Shown piece after piece: positions 12,208 to 21,632 of a stretch of 64,000 bases of DNA (its first letter is position 1; each line of letters opens with the position of its first letter). Origin of the DNA: Thermodesulfobacteriota bacterium (GTDB lineage: Bacteria > Desulfobacterota_D > UBA1144 > Nemesobacterales > UBA2774); the NCBI GenBank assembly GCA_965216785.1, contig OZ244197.1, forward strand, positions 2,496,001 through 2,560,000, in the 5' to 3' direction. The notes below the pieces were generated by a model that was not told the DNA's origin, made no database searches, and saw only the letters and a program-made list of their open reading frames with translations. A program made the position numbers and the translations under genes.

Positions 12208-12348
12208 AATTGACTCTCTTTACCCTTGTATGTTAATCTGACTCAATATTTATCTGCATCACCCGGCAAGTCTTTTTTGCTCTATAATTTCCTATTAGGG
12301 ACTGGCGGAAGTGCAAAGCACTGTCCGGGGGTTTAATTTGACCAAATA

Positions 12349-13491
12349 ATGACGAATAACACAGCCACAACCGCACCGTCAGTCCAAGCCGTATCTGAGG
12401 ATAATAACACACTCAGGGTAAAAATTAACGGCCGCCTGGACGCCTATACGACCTCAGGGGCATGGGCACAGTCCGTAAAGGCCCTTTCGGATGCCAAGCC
12501 CGCAAATCTGATATTGAACGCAAGCGGTGTGGATTACTGCGACGCCTCGGGTATTTCTCTTTTTATTAAGCTCAGGCTCGAGCAGGAGAAAAGGGGCGGC
12601 GAGTTTAATCTAGAAGGTCTATCACCCGAGCTTGAAAAACTCTACAACCTCTTTGACCCAGAGCAGTTCGCGGAGCACGAAGAGGGGAAAGCGCCTAAGG
12701 ACGATCCCATAGTCGCGGTGGGTAAAGAGTCTTTTAACTTTTGGGAAGAGCTCAAAGTTCATATTGAGTTTACCGGCAAGGTGACTGTTGGACTCATAAA
12801 AGCGGCCACTCATCCGTGGAAGATCAGGTGGCAGGAAGTGCTGATGACCTCTGAGAAGTTCGGCGCGAACTCCCTTTTCATCATCGCGCTCGTGAATTTC
12901 CTGGTGGGACTTGTGATAGCGTTTCAATCCGCCATACCCATGCAGACCTACGGGGCGGAGATTTTCGTCGCCGACCTCGTGGTCATAGCGTATTTCAAAG
13001 AGCTTGGCCCCCTGATGACCGCGTTTGTAGTAAACGGACGTTCGGGCTCGGCGTTTGCCGCGGAGCTTGGCACGATGAAAGTAAACGAAGAGCTCGACGC
13101 GCTTGATACGATGGGGCTCGACCCCGTGCCATTTTTGGTGATCCCGAAAGTAATCGCGGCGATCTTCATGCTCCCGCTTCTTACTGTGTTCGGGAACCTG
13201 TTCGGACTTTTAGGAGCGCTTGTGGTGATGTTCTCGCTTGGGTTTACGTTTCAGACATTTTTAAATCAGATTACAACCGCTGCCACTTACGGGCTTTTGT
13301 TATCCGGCCTGTTTAAAACCCTGTTCTTCGCCCTGATTATTGCCGGCGTAGGCTGCCTTGCGGGTATGAGAGCCACAAAAGGGCCTTCGGCCGTGGGTGA
13401 CGCGGCTACAAAGGCAGTGGTGATCGGGATAGTACTGATGATATTGGTAGACGGAATTTTCGGAGTTATATATTACATACTGGGTATATAA
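12349..13491 (+). CDS. mlaE: MlaE-family ABC permease with N-terminal STAS domain
   Basis: STAS-like N-terminus; ELGPLMTA..GRSGSAFAAELGTMKVNEELDAL. Confidence 0.9.
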   Translation: MTNNTATTAPSVQAVSEDNNTLRVKINGRLDAYTTSGAWAQSVKALSDAKPANLILNASGVDYCDASGISLFIKLRLEQEKRGGEFNLEGLSPELEKLYNLFDPEQFAEHEEGKAPKDDPIVAVGKESFNFWEELKVHIEFTGKVTVGLIKAATHPWKIRWQEVLMTSEKFGANSLFIIALVNFLVGLVIAFQSAIPMQTYGAEIFVADLVVIAYFKELGPLMTAFVVNGRSGSAFAAELGTMKVNEELDALDTMGLDPVPFLVIPKVIAAIFMLPLLTVFGNLFGLLGALVVMFSLGFTFQTFLNQITTAATYGLLLSGLFKTLFFALIIAGVGCLAGMRATKGPSAVGDAATKAVVIGIVLMILVDGIFGVIYYILGI

Positions 13492-13492
13492 T

Positions 13493-14284
13493 ATGAGTGA
13501 GAGCGTAGAAAATAATAACAGACGCGATAAGATCATTAATGTCGAGGGCTTCACCGCCGCTTACGGCGAGACGGTCGTTATAGACAATATAACGTTTGAT
13601 GTCTACAAGGGAGAAAAGTTTATTATTTTAGGCGGCTCAGGGTGCGGCAAGAGCACGCTCCTAAAACATATGATCGGCCTATACAGACCGGCGAAAGGAA
13701 AGATTTTGATTGAGGGACAAAACATCGGAGCGGCATACGGGCAAGGCAGGATTGAAATTTTAAAGAGCATAGGCGTTGCCTACCAGTCAGGAGCCCTGTT
13801 CGGCTCTATGACTGTGATAGAGAACGTGATGCTCCCGCTCGAGGAATATACGGACCTCAGCAAAGAGACAAGGGAGCTTGTGGCAAGTATGAAGCTCAAC
13901 CTGGTGGGACTTACGGGCTCTGAGGACAAGATGCCGGCTGAGCTTAGCGGAGGAATGATAAAGCGGGCCGCTCTGGCAAGGGCCATGGCACTTGACCCGG
14001 ATATTTTATTTTTGGATGAGCCTTCTGCGGGACTTGATCCGATCACATCCGCAGAGCTCGATCAGCTCATTAACCAGCTCTCTAAGAGCCTTGGAGTAAC
14101 ATTTGTAATTGTCACGCATGAGCTGAACAGTATTTACAATATCGCCGACAGGGTTATTATGCTAGATAAGAGCACTAAGGGTATAATAGCAGACGGGAGG
14201 CCGGAGTACTTAAGAGACAACTCCACTATTCCGGTAGTGCAGAAGTTCTTCCTGCGGAAAACAGACGAGCAGCTTGAATCTTAA
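13493..14284 (+). CDS. mlaF: MlaF-family ABC ATPase
   Basis: GGSGCGKS, LSGGM, LDEPSAGLDP; operon context. Confidence 0.9.
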   Translation: MSESVENNNRRDKIINVEGFTAAYGETVVIDNITFDVYKGEKFIILGGSGCGKSTLLKHMIGLYRPAKGKILIEGQNIGAAYGQGRIEILKSIGVAYQSGALFGSMTVIENVMLPLEEYTDLSKETRELVASMKLNLVGLTGSEDKMPAELSGGMIKRAALARAMALDPDILFLDEPSAGLDPITSAELDQLINQLSKSLGVTFVIVTHELNSIYNIADRVIMLDKSTKGIIADGRPEYLRDNSTIPVVQKFFLRKTDEQLES

Positions 14285-14299
14285 AAGGTAGAAACTATC

Positions 14300-15265
14300 A
14301 TGAGCGAAAAACCAAATTATTTTAAGATCGGCCTATTTGTCATACTCGGCACACTCGTGCTCGCGGCTGCAATAATAATATTCGGCGGCGGTAAGTTTTT
14401 CGAGAAAAAATATGTTCTGGAGACCTATTTCGACCAGTCGGTCGAGGGCCTTAGCGTGGGCTCACCGCTAAAGTTCCAGGGCGTAAAGATAGGCAACGTA
14501 TCCGAGCTCGGTTTCGTATTTAATGATTATCAAACCGACTATCACTATGTACTCGTTAGAGCCGAAACATATCCGGAGAGGAGAATTACCCGAAATAAAA
14601 AGCACAGGTTCTTGAGCGACGCGCAGAGAAAAAAGAACCTTGATCAGATGATAGCTAAAGGCCTGAGACTCCAGCTCGCGTCCCAGGGAGTTACGGGCCT
14701 CGCGTTTTTGAATGCCGTATACCTTGACCCCCAGCGCTACCCGCCGCTCCCGATAGACTGGAAACCGGAATACATTTACATACCTTCGGCTCCCGGCACA
14801 ATTACCCTCATCACCCAAACCATCGAGAAGCTCACCGAGACTATCCAGAGCATTAATTTCAAGGAAATCTCCGACGACATAGAGGAGCTTGTGGTAACGC
14901 TCAACAATACGGTGAAAGAGGCCAAGGTGGCACAGGTAAGCGAAGATCTCCAAAACCTCCTTAAGACCCTAAACAACACTACCGGAGAGCTCGATAAGAT
15001 ACTTAAGAGTAAAGACGTGAAGACCACCTTAACAAATATCTCAGAGACCACCGGGCAGCTCAGGAAAACACTTGTTCGCGCGGACAGGCTGATCCAGAAC
15101 AGAGAGCATAATGTCAAGATCACACTCGATAACATAGAGCGGATCTCAGAAGACTTAAGGGAGTTCATGACAACGGTGAAGAATTACCCGTCCTGGGTGC
15201 TGTTCGGCAACCCGCCGCCCCATTTCATCCAGGAGCTTGAAGGGGAGAAGGAGGAATCTAAATGA
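14300..15265 (+). CDS. mlaD: MlaD/MCE-domain protein
   Basis: N-terminal TM helix, SVEGLSVGSPLKFQGVKIG, helical C-terminus. Confidence 0.88.
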   Translation: MSEKPNYFKIGLFVILGTLVLAAAIIIFGGGKFFEKKYVLETYFDQSVEGLSVGSPLKFQGVKIGNVSELGFVFNDYQTDYHYVLVRAETYPERRITRNKKHRFLSDAQRKKNLDQMIAKGLRLQLASQGVTGLAFLNAVYLDPQRYPPLPIDWKPEYIYIPSAPGTITLITQTIEKLTETIQSINFKEISDDIEELVVTLNNTVKEAKVAQVSEDLQNLLKTLNNTTGELDKILKSKDVKTTLTNISETTGQLRKTLVRADRLIQNREHNVKITLDNIERISEDLREFMTTVKNYPSWVLFGNPPPHFIQELEGEKEESK

Positions 15266-15903
15266 TGCGCTATATTATAATAACATTCATATTACTCTTT
15301 AGTGCCGGGTGCGCCAACGTGGATAAACCCTATCCGGAAAGATCATATTACCAATTTGAAGTAAGCCACAGCGCAAAACATGCGGCTCCTGTAAAGGGAA
15401 CCATACTCGGCATAAAAAGGCTCAGCGTTTCCCCCGGGAGTCAGGGGCTCGAATTCATTTACAGAACAGGAGAGTTCAAGTTCCAGTCAGATTTCTATAA
15501 CCAATTCTTCAGACCACCGGGAGCTCTGATCACTGAGGAAGTGACCAGGTGGTTTGCCAATTCCGGGGTATTCGAGGACGTCTTGGGACAGCTCAGCCAA
15601 GCCTTTCCAAATTATGTGATCGAGGGCAACATCGTAAACCTATACGGCGATTTCAGAAACAGCGCCGCCCCAGCGGCAGTACTGGAGATACAGTTTTTCC
15701 TGCTCAGGCTCACAGACGATGCGGACACGCCTATAGTGGTTACTAGCGACACCTACAGCGTCAGCAAGCCCATATCTTCAAAAGACCCCAAAGCGCTCAT
15801 GTTGGGCTGGAACCTTGCGCTCGAGGAAATACTCAGCGACTTCCAGGGCGACGTCATAAACAGCATGCGGGGACAGACCGTAAATTACTCGCAATCTAAT
15901 TAA
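15262..15903 (+). CDS. ABC-transport auxiliary lipoprotein (PqiC-like)
   Basis: Lipobox SAGC; last gene of the mlaEFD-type operon, overlapping mlaD (ATGA). Confidence 0.75.
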   Translation: MMRYIIITFILLFSAGCANVDKPYPERSYYQFEVSHSAKHAAPVKGTILGIKRLSVSPGSQGLEFIYRTGEFKFQSDFYNQFFRPPGALITEEVTRWFANSGVFEDVLGQLSQAFPNYVIEGNIVNLYGDFRNSAAPAAVLEIQFFLLRLTDDADTPIVVTSDTYSVSKPISSKDPKALMLGWNLALEEILSDFQGDVINSMRGQTVNYSQSN

Positions 15904-15969
15904 AGCTCTTTCAGGAACCTGTAAACCGCATTATAATACAAACACGAAATAAAGATTAAGAGAGGCAAG

Positions 15970-17409
15970 ATGAGGTTTGTATTTATAATCATACTGGTTG
16001 TCTTGGGCATCCTCCTGGCGCTGCCTTACTGGTTTGGCATAAACACTGAAAAAGAATACGGGAACTTGATTAACGACTTCTCGAAAGCGGAGAATATAAA
16101 CGTAGCCGAAAGGAGCTACGAACGCGGCTGGCTCAGCTCTAAGGCCAGTACTACATATGTATTTACCGGAAGCGAGGGTGAAATATTTAAGATCCACGAC
16201 GAGGACACTATTTATCACGGCCCCATACCGCTCGAACCGCTATTTAAAGGGCAGGTCTCGCCACTTCCCGTACTTGCTGTAATAAATTCAAAAGCAGCGT
16301 TAATCCCGGCACCCGACTCTGAGTATGAGGACTTAATTCGCGGACTCCCGCCCATTATGCACAAAACCGTACTCTCGATGAACGGCGGCGGCGCTACTAC
16401 CATAAACATGCCGGGAGTTGAGTCTAAACTAGATGAAGACGATGAATACTTCACCTGGAGCGGGCTTACAGGGTTAATCAAATTTGAGCCCGGGTTTAAG
16501 AATATGGTTACTTTCGTTGAATCAAGCGGGCTCGCTATTAAATCTGACGACCTTGAGCTTACCGTAAACGGTGTGGCCGGAGAATCCGATATTACCTATG
16601 AAGGTGAGGATTATTCCCTCCCTCTGGGCGGCGCGTTATTCAACGTTGATTCTATTTATATCCGCAGTAAAGACAAAGAGACCGGAGAGCTCGAAGACAT
16701 GTCCGTAAAGAACATAAGCTTCGAGGGCTCGACCGAAGACCTGGACGGCACCCTTACAAGCGTTCACAGCCTGAGTTTTGACGAGGTAACGTTAGGGGAG
16801 CTCACTTACGGCCCCGGCGGTTATAAATTCTCTCTAAGGAATATCGACAAGTCTGCATGGAAGAATATTCAGAGAATCCTTCAGGAAGCTAGCAAGCAGC
16901 CTGAACAGGAGAGCGATGAAGAATCAAACGAATATCTTGCGGAAATGATGGGAGTTCTCCCGGATCTTGTAAGAAAGTCACCTGAGCTCTCGATATCCGA
17001 TCTCTTTATCGAAACCGGTGAGGGGGAGCTTAGGGGAAGCCTATTTTTAGCGATCGACGGCACAGGGCTTACAGACCCGGAAATAGCTACGAACCCACTT
17101 TTTCTACTTGCTGCAATCACGGCTAATGCAGAGCTTTCGGTTACTAAGACCCTCTTAGAAGACGCCCTGCACGGATTTAATACTGAGGAAATTCAGGACG
17201 AGATCAACAGCGGCGACCTTGGGCCAATGACAAAAGAAGAGATTGAAAAGCTTGCCAAAGAGAGAACAACAAAAGATATAGATGAGCTAACCTCGCAGAA
17301 TGTACTCGTTTTGAAAGAAGACCGCTACGTACTCGTAGCAGAGTACACACCGGGCCAGATATTACTTAACGGCAAACCTCTTGGTCTCGACACGCTTTTG
17401 GGACTTTAA
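15970..17409 (+). CDS. YdgA/DUF945-family protein
   Basis: N-terminal anchor, YERGWLSS, IYHGPIP and C-terminal LNGKPL. Confidence 0.8.
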   Translation: MRFVFIIILVVLGILLALPYWFGINTEKEYGNLINDFSKAENINVAERSYERGWLSSKASTTYVFTGSEGEIFKIHDEDTIYHGPIPLEPLFKGQVSPLPVLAVINSKAALIPAPDSEYEDLIRGLPPIMHKTVLSMNGGGATTINMPGVESKLDEDDEYFTWSGLTGLIKFEPGFKNMVTFVESSGLAIKSDDLELTVNGVAGESDITYEGEDYSLPLGGALFNVDSIYIRSKDKETGELEDMSVKNISFEGSTEDLDGTLTSVHSLSFDEVTLGELTYGPGGYKFSLRNIDKSAWKNIQRILQEASKQPEQESDEESNEYLAEMMGVLPDLVRKSPELSISDLFIETGEGELRGSLFLAIDGTGLTDPEIATNPLFLLAAITANAELSVTKTLLEDALHGFNTEEIQDEINSGDLGPMTKEEIEKLAKERTTKDIDELTSQNVLVLKEDRYVLVAEYTPGQILLNGKPLGLDTLLGL

Positions 17410-17417
17410 GACTTAGA

Positions 17418-18287
17418 CTAATCCGGTACCGTAAACTTCTCCTCCTGCTCTCTGTATCCGGACGTATCGACGACGTCCTCAAATTCTGAAAAATCGAGCA
17501 TACCGCCGTAACCCCGGGTAGTACCGTTTTTACTTAAGTAGGATAGCGAAGCTTTCATAGCATATGCGGCGGAAAAAAGCCCGGTAAGAGGGTATACGAC
17601 AATTTTATATCCAAGCTCCTCAAGCTCCTCTGTACTCAATATCGGCGTCCTGCCACCCTCGACCATGTTAGCGAAGAGCGGAACCTCTGCAAAGGCCTTA
17701 CCGATCTCCTTTAGCTCCTCGGGCGATTTAGGCGCCTCGACGAATACGACATCGGCCCCGGCCTCATAATACGCCCAGCCTCTTTTTATCGCGTCGTCAA
17801 GCCCATTAACAGCGTTTGAGTCCGTGCGCCCTATAATGACAAGACCGCTTTCCCCGGCTGCACCCCTAGCGGCGAGGATCTTCTCGACATGCTCTTCGAG
17901 CGGTATCACCTGCTTTCCCTCAAAATGTCCACACTTTTTAGGCCAGACCTGATCTTCCAGTATAATCCCGGCGGCCCCGGCTTGTACGGCATCTTCCACA
18001 GTCCTAATCACATTCAGCGGGTTTCCGTATCCCGTATCTATGTCGGCCACTACAGGGGCCTTAACGGACTTTACGATGCGGCCAATAGACTCCAGCATCT
18101 CTGTTGCTGTTACGAAACCGAAGTCGGGCTTTCCGAGCAGCGTTGCGGAAATACCGAAACCACTTGTAAACAAAACCTCAAACCCGCATTTCTCGGCAAT
18201 TTTAGCGCTAACGCAGTCATAGACCCCTGGGAGCACTAATATCCCGGAGCTCTTTAGAATGTCTCTCAGCCTATGTCCGTTATTCAT
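17418..18287 (-). CDS. Isocitrate lyase/PEP mutase family enzyme (methylisocitrate lyase-like)
   Basis: DIDTGYGN, EDQVWPKKCGH and ANMVEGGRTP; no prpC/prpD nearby. Confidence 0.85.
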   Translation of the reverse strand: MNNGHRLRDILKSSGILVLPGVYDCVSAKIAEKCGFEVLFTSGFGISATLLGKPDFGFVTATEMLESIGRIVKSVKAPVVADIDTGYGNPLNVIRTVEDAVQAGAAGIILEDQVWPKKCGHFEGKQVIPLEEHVEKILAARGAAGESGLVIIGRTDSNAVNGLDDAIKRGWAYYEAGADVVFVEAPKSPEELKEIGKAFAEVPLFANMVEGGRTPILSTEELEELGYKIVVYPLTGLFSAAYAMKASLSYLSKNGTTRGYGGMLDFSEFEDVVDTSGYREQEEKFTVPD

Positions 18288-18305
18288 TGTTATTTCTCCT
18301 TTGTT

Positions 18306-19523
18306 TCATAAAAGCAAAGCCCCGGCAACACTTGCCAGAACGCACCAAATTACAACTATAATCGGGGAAACCCGCTGTGTCATCAAGAGCGCAAAACCAA
18401 CGGCCGCAATTAATATATCCACCCAGCTCCTGACTGCGCTTGTCCATACAGGGTCGTAGAGCGCGGCACCAAGGAGTCCTACCACAGCGGCGTTTAAACC
18501 CGCTACTGCTCTTAGCGCGGAGGGACGGCTGACAATTGCCTGCCACATAGGAAGCACACCTGCCAGCAAAAGGAAGCCCGGAAGAAATATTGATATAAGC
18601 GCTACGCCGGCGCCCACTATACCCCCCTGAGCGCCCGGCAGGCTCGCGCCTAAATACGAGGCGAGCGTAAACATAGGTCCCGGCACCGCCTGCGCCGCGC
18701 CGTATCCGGCCAAAAACTCGCTCTGCGATATCCACCCCGGCGATACAACCGTATCTTCGAGCAGGGGCAATACCACATGTCCTCCGCCGAATACCAATGC
18801 TCCCGCGCGGTAAAACGCGTTCACTACGGGTACCAGCCCTTCTTTACCACCTGAGAGAAATGGTAGTCCGAACAGGAGTAAAAAGAATATTACTATTAAG
18901 ACTGTACCGAGCGCAGGGCTGTATCTTACACTAAGGCCGTCACCTTCAACCGCTTGAGCGCTCTTAACGAAAACCAGGCCGAGCGCTGCCCCGATCAAGA
19001 CCACTAGCAGCTGTATCCACGCCTGGCCCGTGAGCAGGATGACTATTACGGCGAATACTGCAATGCCCGCGCGGGGTACATCCGGACACAGCCGCCTGGC
19101 CATGCGCAGCACGCCGTCCGCTACAACAGCAAGGGCAACGAGCTTAAGACCGTGGATAGCGGCATCTCCGATTGTCCCCGAGATATTTGGAAATATAAGC
19201 GCGAAAGCAAATAATATTAAAGCCGAGGGCAGGGTAAACGCCACAAACGCGGCAAGCGCGCCTGCCCAACCCGCTCGAAGTAATCCGAGGCTGAAACCCA
19301 ACTGGCTGCTCGCGGGCCCGGGAAGGAACTGGCATAGCCCCAGGAGCTGGGCGTAGTCGCTTTCTTTAACCCATCTGCGCCGCTCCACTATCTCACGGTG
19401 GAAGTAGCCCAGGTGCGCTATCGGTCCGCCAAATGAAGTAAGCCCGAGCTTTAGAAAAGTGCTGAGCACCTCTCCCGCGCTTCCTTTGGTCCGGACACTC
19501 TCGTTTGAAATATCGCTGCTCAT
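18306..19523 (-). CDS. chrA: Chromate efflux transporter (long-chain CHR)
   Basis: FGGPIAH..QFLPGPASSQ and second repeat FGGGHVVLP..QAVPGP. Confidence 0.93.
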   Translation of the reverse strand: MSSDISNESVRTKGSAGEVLSTFLKLGLTSFGGPIAHLGYFHREIVERRRWVKESDYAQLLGLCQFLPGPASSQLGFSLGLLRAGWAGALAAFVAFTLPSALILFAFALIFPNISGTIGDAAIHGLKLVALAVVADGVLRMARRLCPDVPRAGIAVFAVIVILLTGQAWIQLLVVLIGAALGLVFVKSAQAVEGDGLSVRYSPALGTVLIVIFFLLLFGLPFLSGGKEGLVPVVNAFYRAGALVFGGGHVVLPLLEDTVVSPGWISQSEFLAGYGAAQAVPGPMFTLASYLGASLPGAQGGIVGAGVALISIFLPGFLLLAGVLPMWQAIVSRPSALRAVAGLNAAVVGLLGAALYDPVWTSAVRSWVDILIAAVGFALLMTQRVSPIIVVIWCVLASVAGALLL

Positions 19524-19643
19524 ATCTGTATCTGAAACGGATTGGAATCAATCAGAATACTAATTGGATATATGGGTTCGTTCAAGCGGCTTAATACCGT
19601 TTTAACATAAGAATTGCACTCGTTACACGATTATGCTAATGTG

Positions 19644-19803
19644 AGAATGGGGACAGAGGCGATCCTTCGACGAGCTCAGGATGAGCGGGATGAAATGACG
19701 AAATAGGGACGGACCGGAGGGCGAAGCCCGATCGGGGGGAGTAAAATTAAGAACGGGGACAGAGGCGAGTGCTTCACAGCGATGCCAGGGAGGCTAAAAT
19801 TAA
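19644..19803 (+). repeat. Modular intergenic repeat cluster, copy 1 (modules C1-C2-D)
   Basis: GGGGACAGAGGC...TAAAATTAA units; 19651-19764 matches the reverse complement of 27377-27489 with 3 differences. Confidence 0.9.
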
Positions 19804-20284
19804 TAAGCCGCGGAAAAAGCAAGACAAGGATGAGGTGCGTAAAAGGGTCGAGAACGGGCTTAAGAGTAAAGACGTCATCCAGCTCATTTTAGCGCTCGAA
19901 GGGGTTAAGATCGACTACGACCACCTGTACTACTACGAGCATACGGGCCTAGTCGTGCCGTCCCTGAGGAAAGCGCAGGGCAGAGGATACCCAAAACTTT
20001 ACTCCACAGAAGACTTTATCATACTACGCTGGCTCGTCTCGCTTCAAAAGAGCGGCGTACCTGTAAGCAGGTTCAGAAGCATACTCGGGTATTTGAAAAA
20101 GAAGATGCCCGAAGTGCTGAAGAAACCTCACAATTGGACGCTCGTAACAGACGGCAAGTCTGTTCAGTTCAAAGATAACCAGTCGTCACGCAAAGTGGAG
20201 GTCATCGAGGACACGGGGCAGTACCTCTTTGCTTTGGACGAAGTAACTAATGAGACCCGCAAGACACCCAAGAAACGCGGTTAA
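19769..20284 (+). CDS. MerR-family transcriptional regulator (start uncertain)
   Basis: LYYYEHTGLVVPS..GRG..KLYSTED and C-terminal LVTDG, as in Rv1830-like MerR proteins. The listed GTG lies inside the repeat. Confidence 0.75.
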   Translation: MLHSDAREAKINKPRKKQDKDEVRKRVENGLKSKDVIQLILALEGVKIDYDHLYYYEHTGLVVPSLRKAQGRGYPKLYSTEDFIILRWLVSLQKSGVPVSRFRSILGYLKKKMPEVLKKPHNWTLVTDGKSVQFKDNQSSRKVEVIEDTGQYLFALDEVTNETRKTPKKRG

Positions 20285-20289
20285 TAAAA

Positions 20290-21534
20290 CTACATAGACT
20301 TATTCCCCTCAGCCACAATATCGGGAATGGATGTGAAGGATATCCTCATCGGGGCAGATTCCGCAGCTCCGTGCATCGGGGCGTAATAGATGCTGTTCGT
20401 ACCGTAGCGCTCATTGATGCTGTCAACGGCGATAGCGACTTTGTCCCGCTTGATCTCTCTTGAAAAGAGCGGGTAGGGGGTCCCCTCGGAGGGAGTGAGG
20501 TCATAGAGGGTCATCGATACGCTGAGCGGGGTAAGACCCCGGGGCCTTTCGGGCCAGACGGAGGAGAAAGCCTCCAGCATTGACTGCGTATCGTTTCTCT
20601 TTGTCATTTTTACGGTCTTTTTCCAGCGGAGATCACGGTCAAAGTATCTAACCTTAACGTCCATGCGGGAGGCGACGTACCCAAGCCTCCTCAGCCTGAA
20701 CGCGGCCTTGTGTATGAGTCTTACGATCACGGCTCTGGTCTTTTCCTCTGTCCTCATCTCGGGCGGGAGCACGTGCGAGTGGCCCACGGTCTTTCTGGAC
20801 GTTTCCGGCTCTGCCAGGTCCTCGCCCCTTATCATGTGCCACCAGCGCCTGCCTACGACGCTCTGCCATATGTAGGCGAAGTCTCGCTCGGAGAGCTTGA
20901 ACATCTGCTCTATCGAATGTACGCCGTGCCTCTTTAGCCGGGCGCGCATACCCTCACCTATGCCCGGGAGGTCTTGTAAATCAAGCTGATAGAGCTTTTC
21001 CGGTAGCTCGTTTTTTGTTATTACGGTAAGGCCGTCGGGCTTTTTCATCTCGGCGGCTACTTTGGCCAAAAAGCGGTTGGTCGAGAGCCCGACAGAACAG
21101 CGGAGCGACTCGCCTGCTTTTTCGTTAATTGCCCTCTTTACGTCCTTTGCGAGCCGGAGCGCCTTCTCAAAACCCCTCTGGCTTCCCGTCAGCCTGCAGC
21201 ACATCTCGTCAATCGACAGCACAGTGTCTACAGGGATAACAGAGTTTACGGCCTCTATGATGCTGTGGTGATACTCTACGTAGCGTACGGGCCTTGCCTC
21301 GACGATGTTGATCGCGGGGCATAGCTCCTTTGCCAGGCCAACTTTGGTGCCTGTTTTCACACCGTAGCGCTTGGCCTCGTAGCTTGCAGCTATGCAGCAG
21401 GTGGTGTCAGCGTCCACGGGGACAACGGCTGTGGGCTTTCCCCGAAGCTCGGGGCGCATCTCTTGTTCTACAGAGGCGAAATACGCGTTCATGTCCAGAA
21501 ACAGCCAGTCAAGAAACTGTTCGTTACGACCCAT
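20290..21534 (-). CDS. dinB: Y-family DNA polymerase IV
   Basis: DMNAYFASVEQ, AASYEAK, SIDE, KPDG and LPGIG. Confidence 0.88.
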   Translation of the reverse strand: MGRNEQFLDWLFLDMNAYFASVEQEMRPELRGKPTAVVPVDADTTCCIAASYEAKRYGVKTGTKVGLAKELCPAINIVEARPVRYVEYHHSIIEAVNSVIPVDTVLSIDEMCCRLTGSQRGFEKALRLAKDVKRAINEKAGESLRCSVGLSTNRFLAKVAAEMKKPDGLTVITKNELPEKLYQLDLQDLPGIGEGMRARLKRHGVHSIEQMFKLSERDFAYIWQSVVGRRWWHMIRGEDLAEPETSRKTVGHSHVLPPEMRTEEKTRAVIVRLIHKAAFRLRRLGYVASRMDVKVRYFDRDLRWKKTVKMTKRNDTQSMLEAFSSVWPERPRGLTPLSVSMTLYDLTPSEGTPYPLFSREIKRDKVAIAVDSINERYGTNSIYYAPMHGAAESAPMRISFTSIPDIVAEGNKSM

Positions 21535-21632
21535 ATTTTAGATGGTAACACGGTTCGAAAAACCTGTCTGGGAGCTTTTTTCGTTTTTGGGAAATTGTAG
21601 GAATTAAGGGGGAGGGAGGTTTAAATGCTCTT

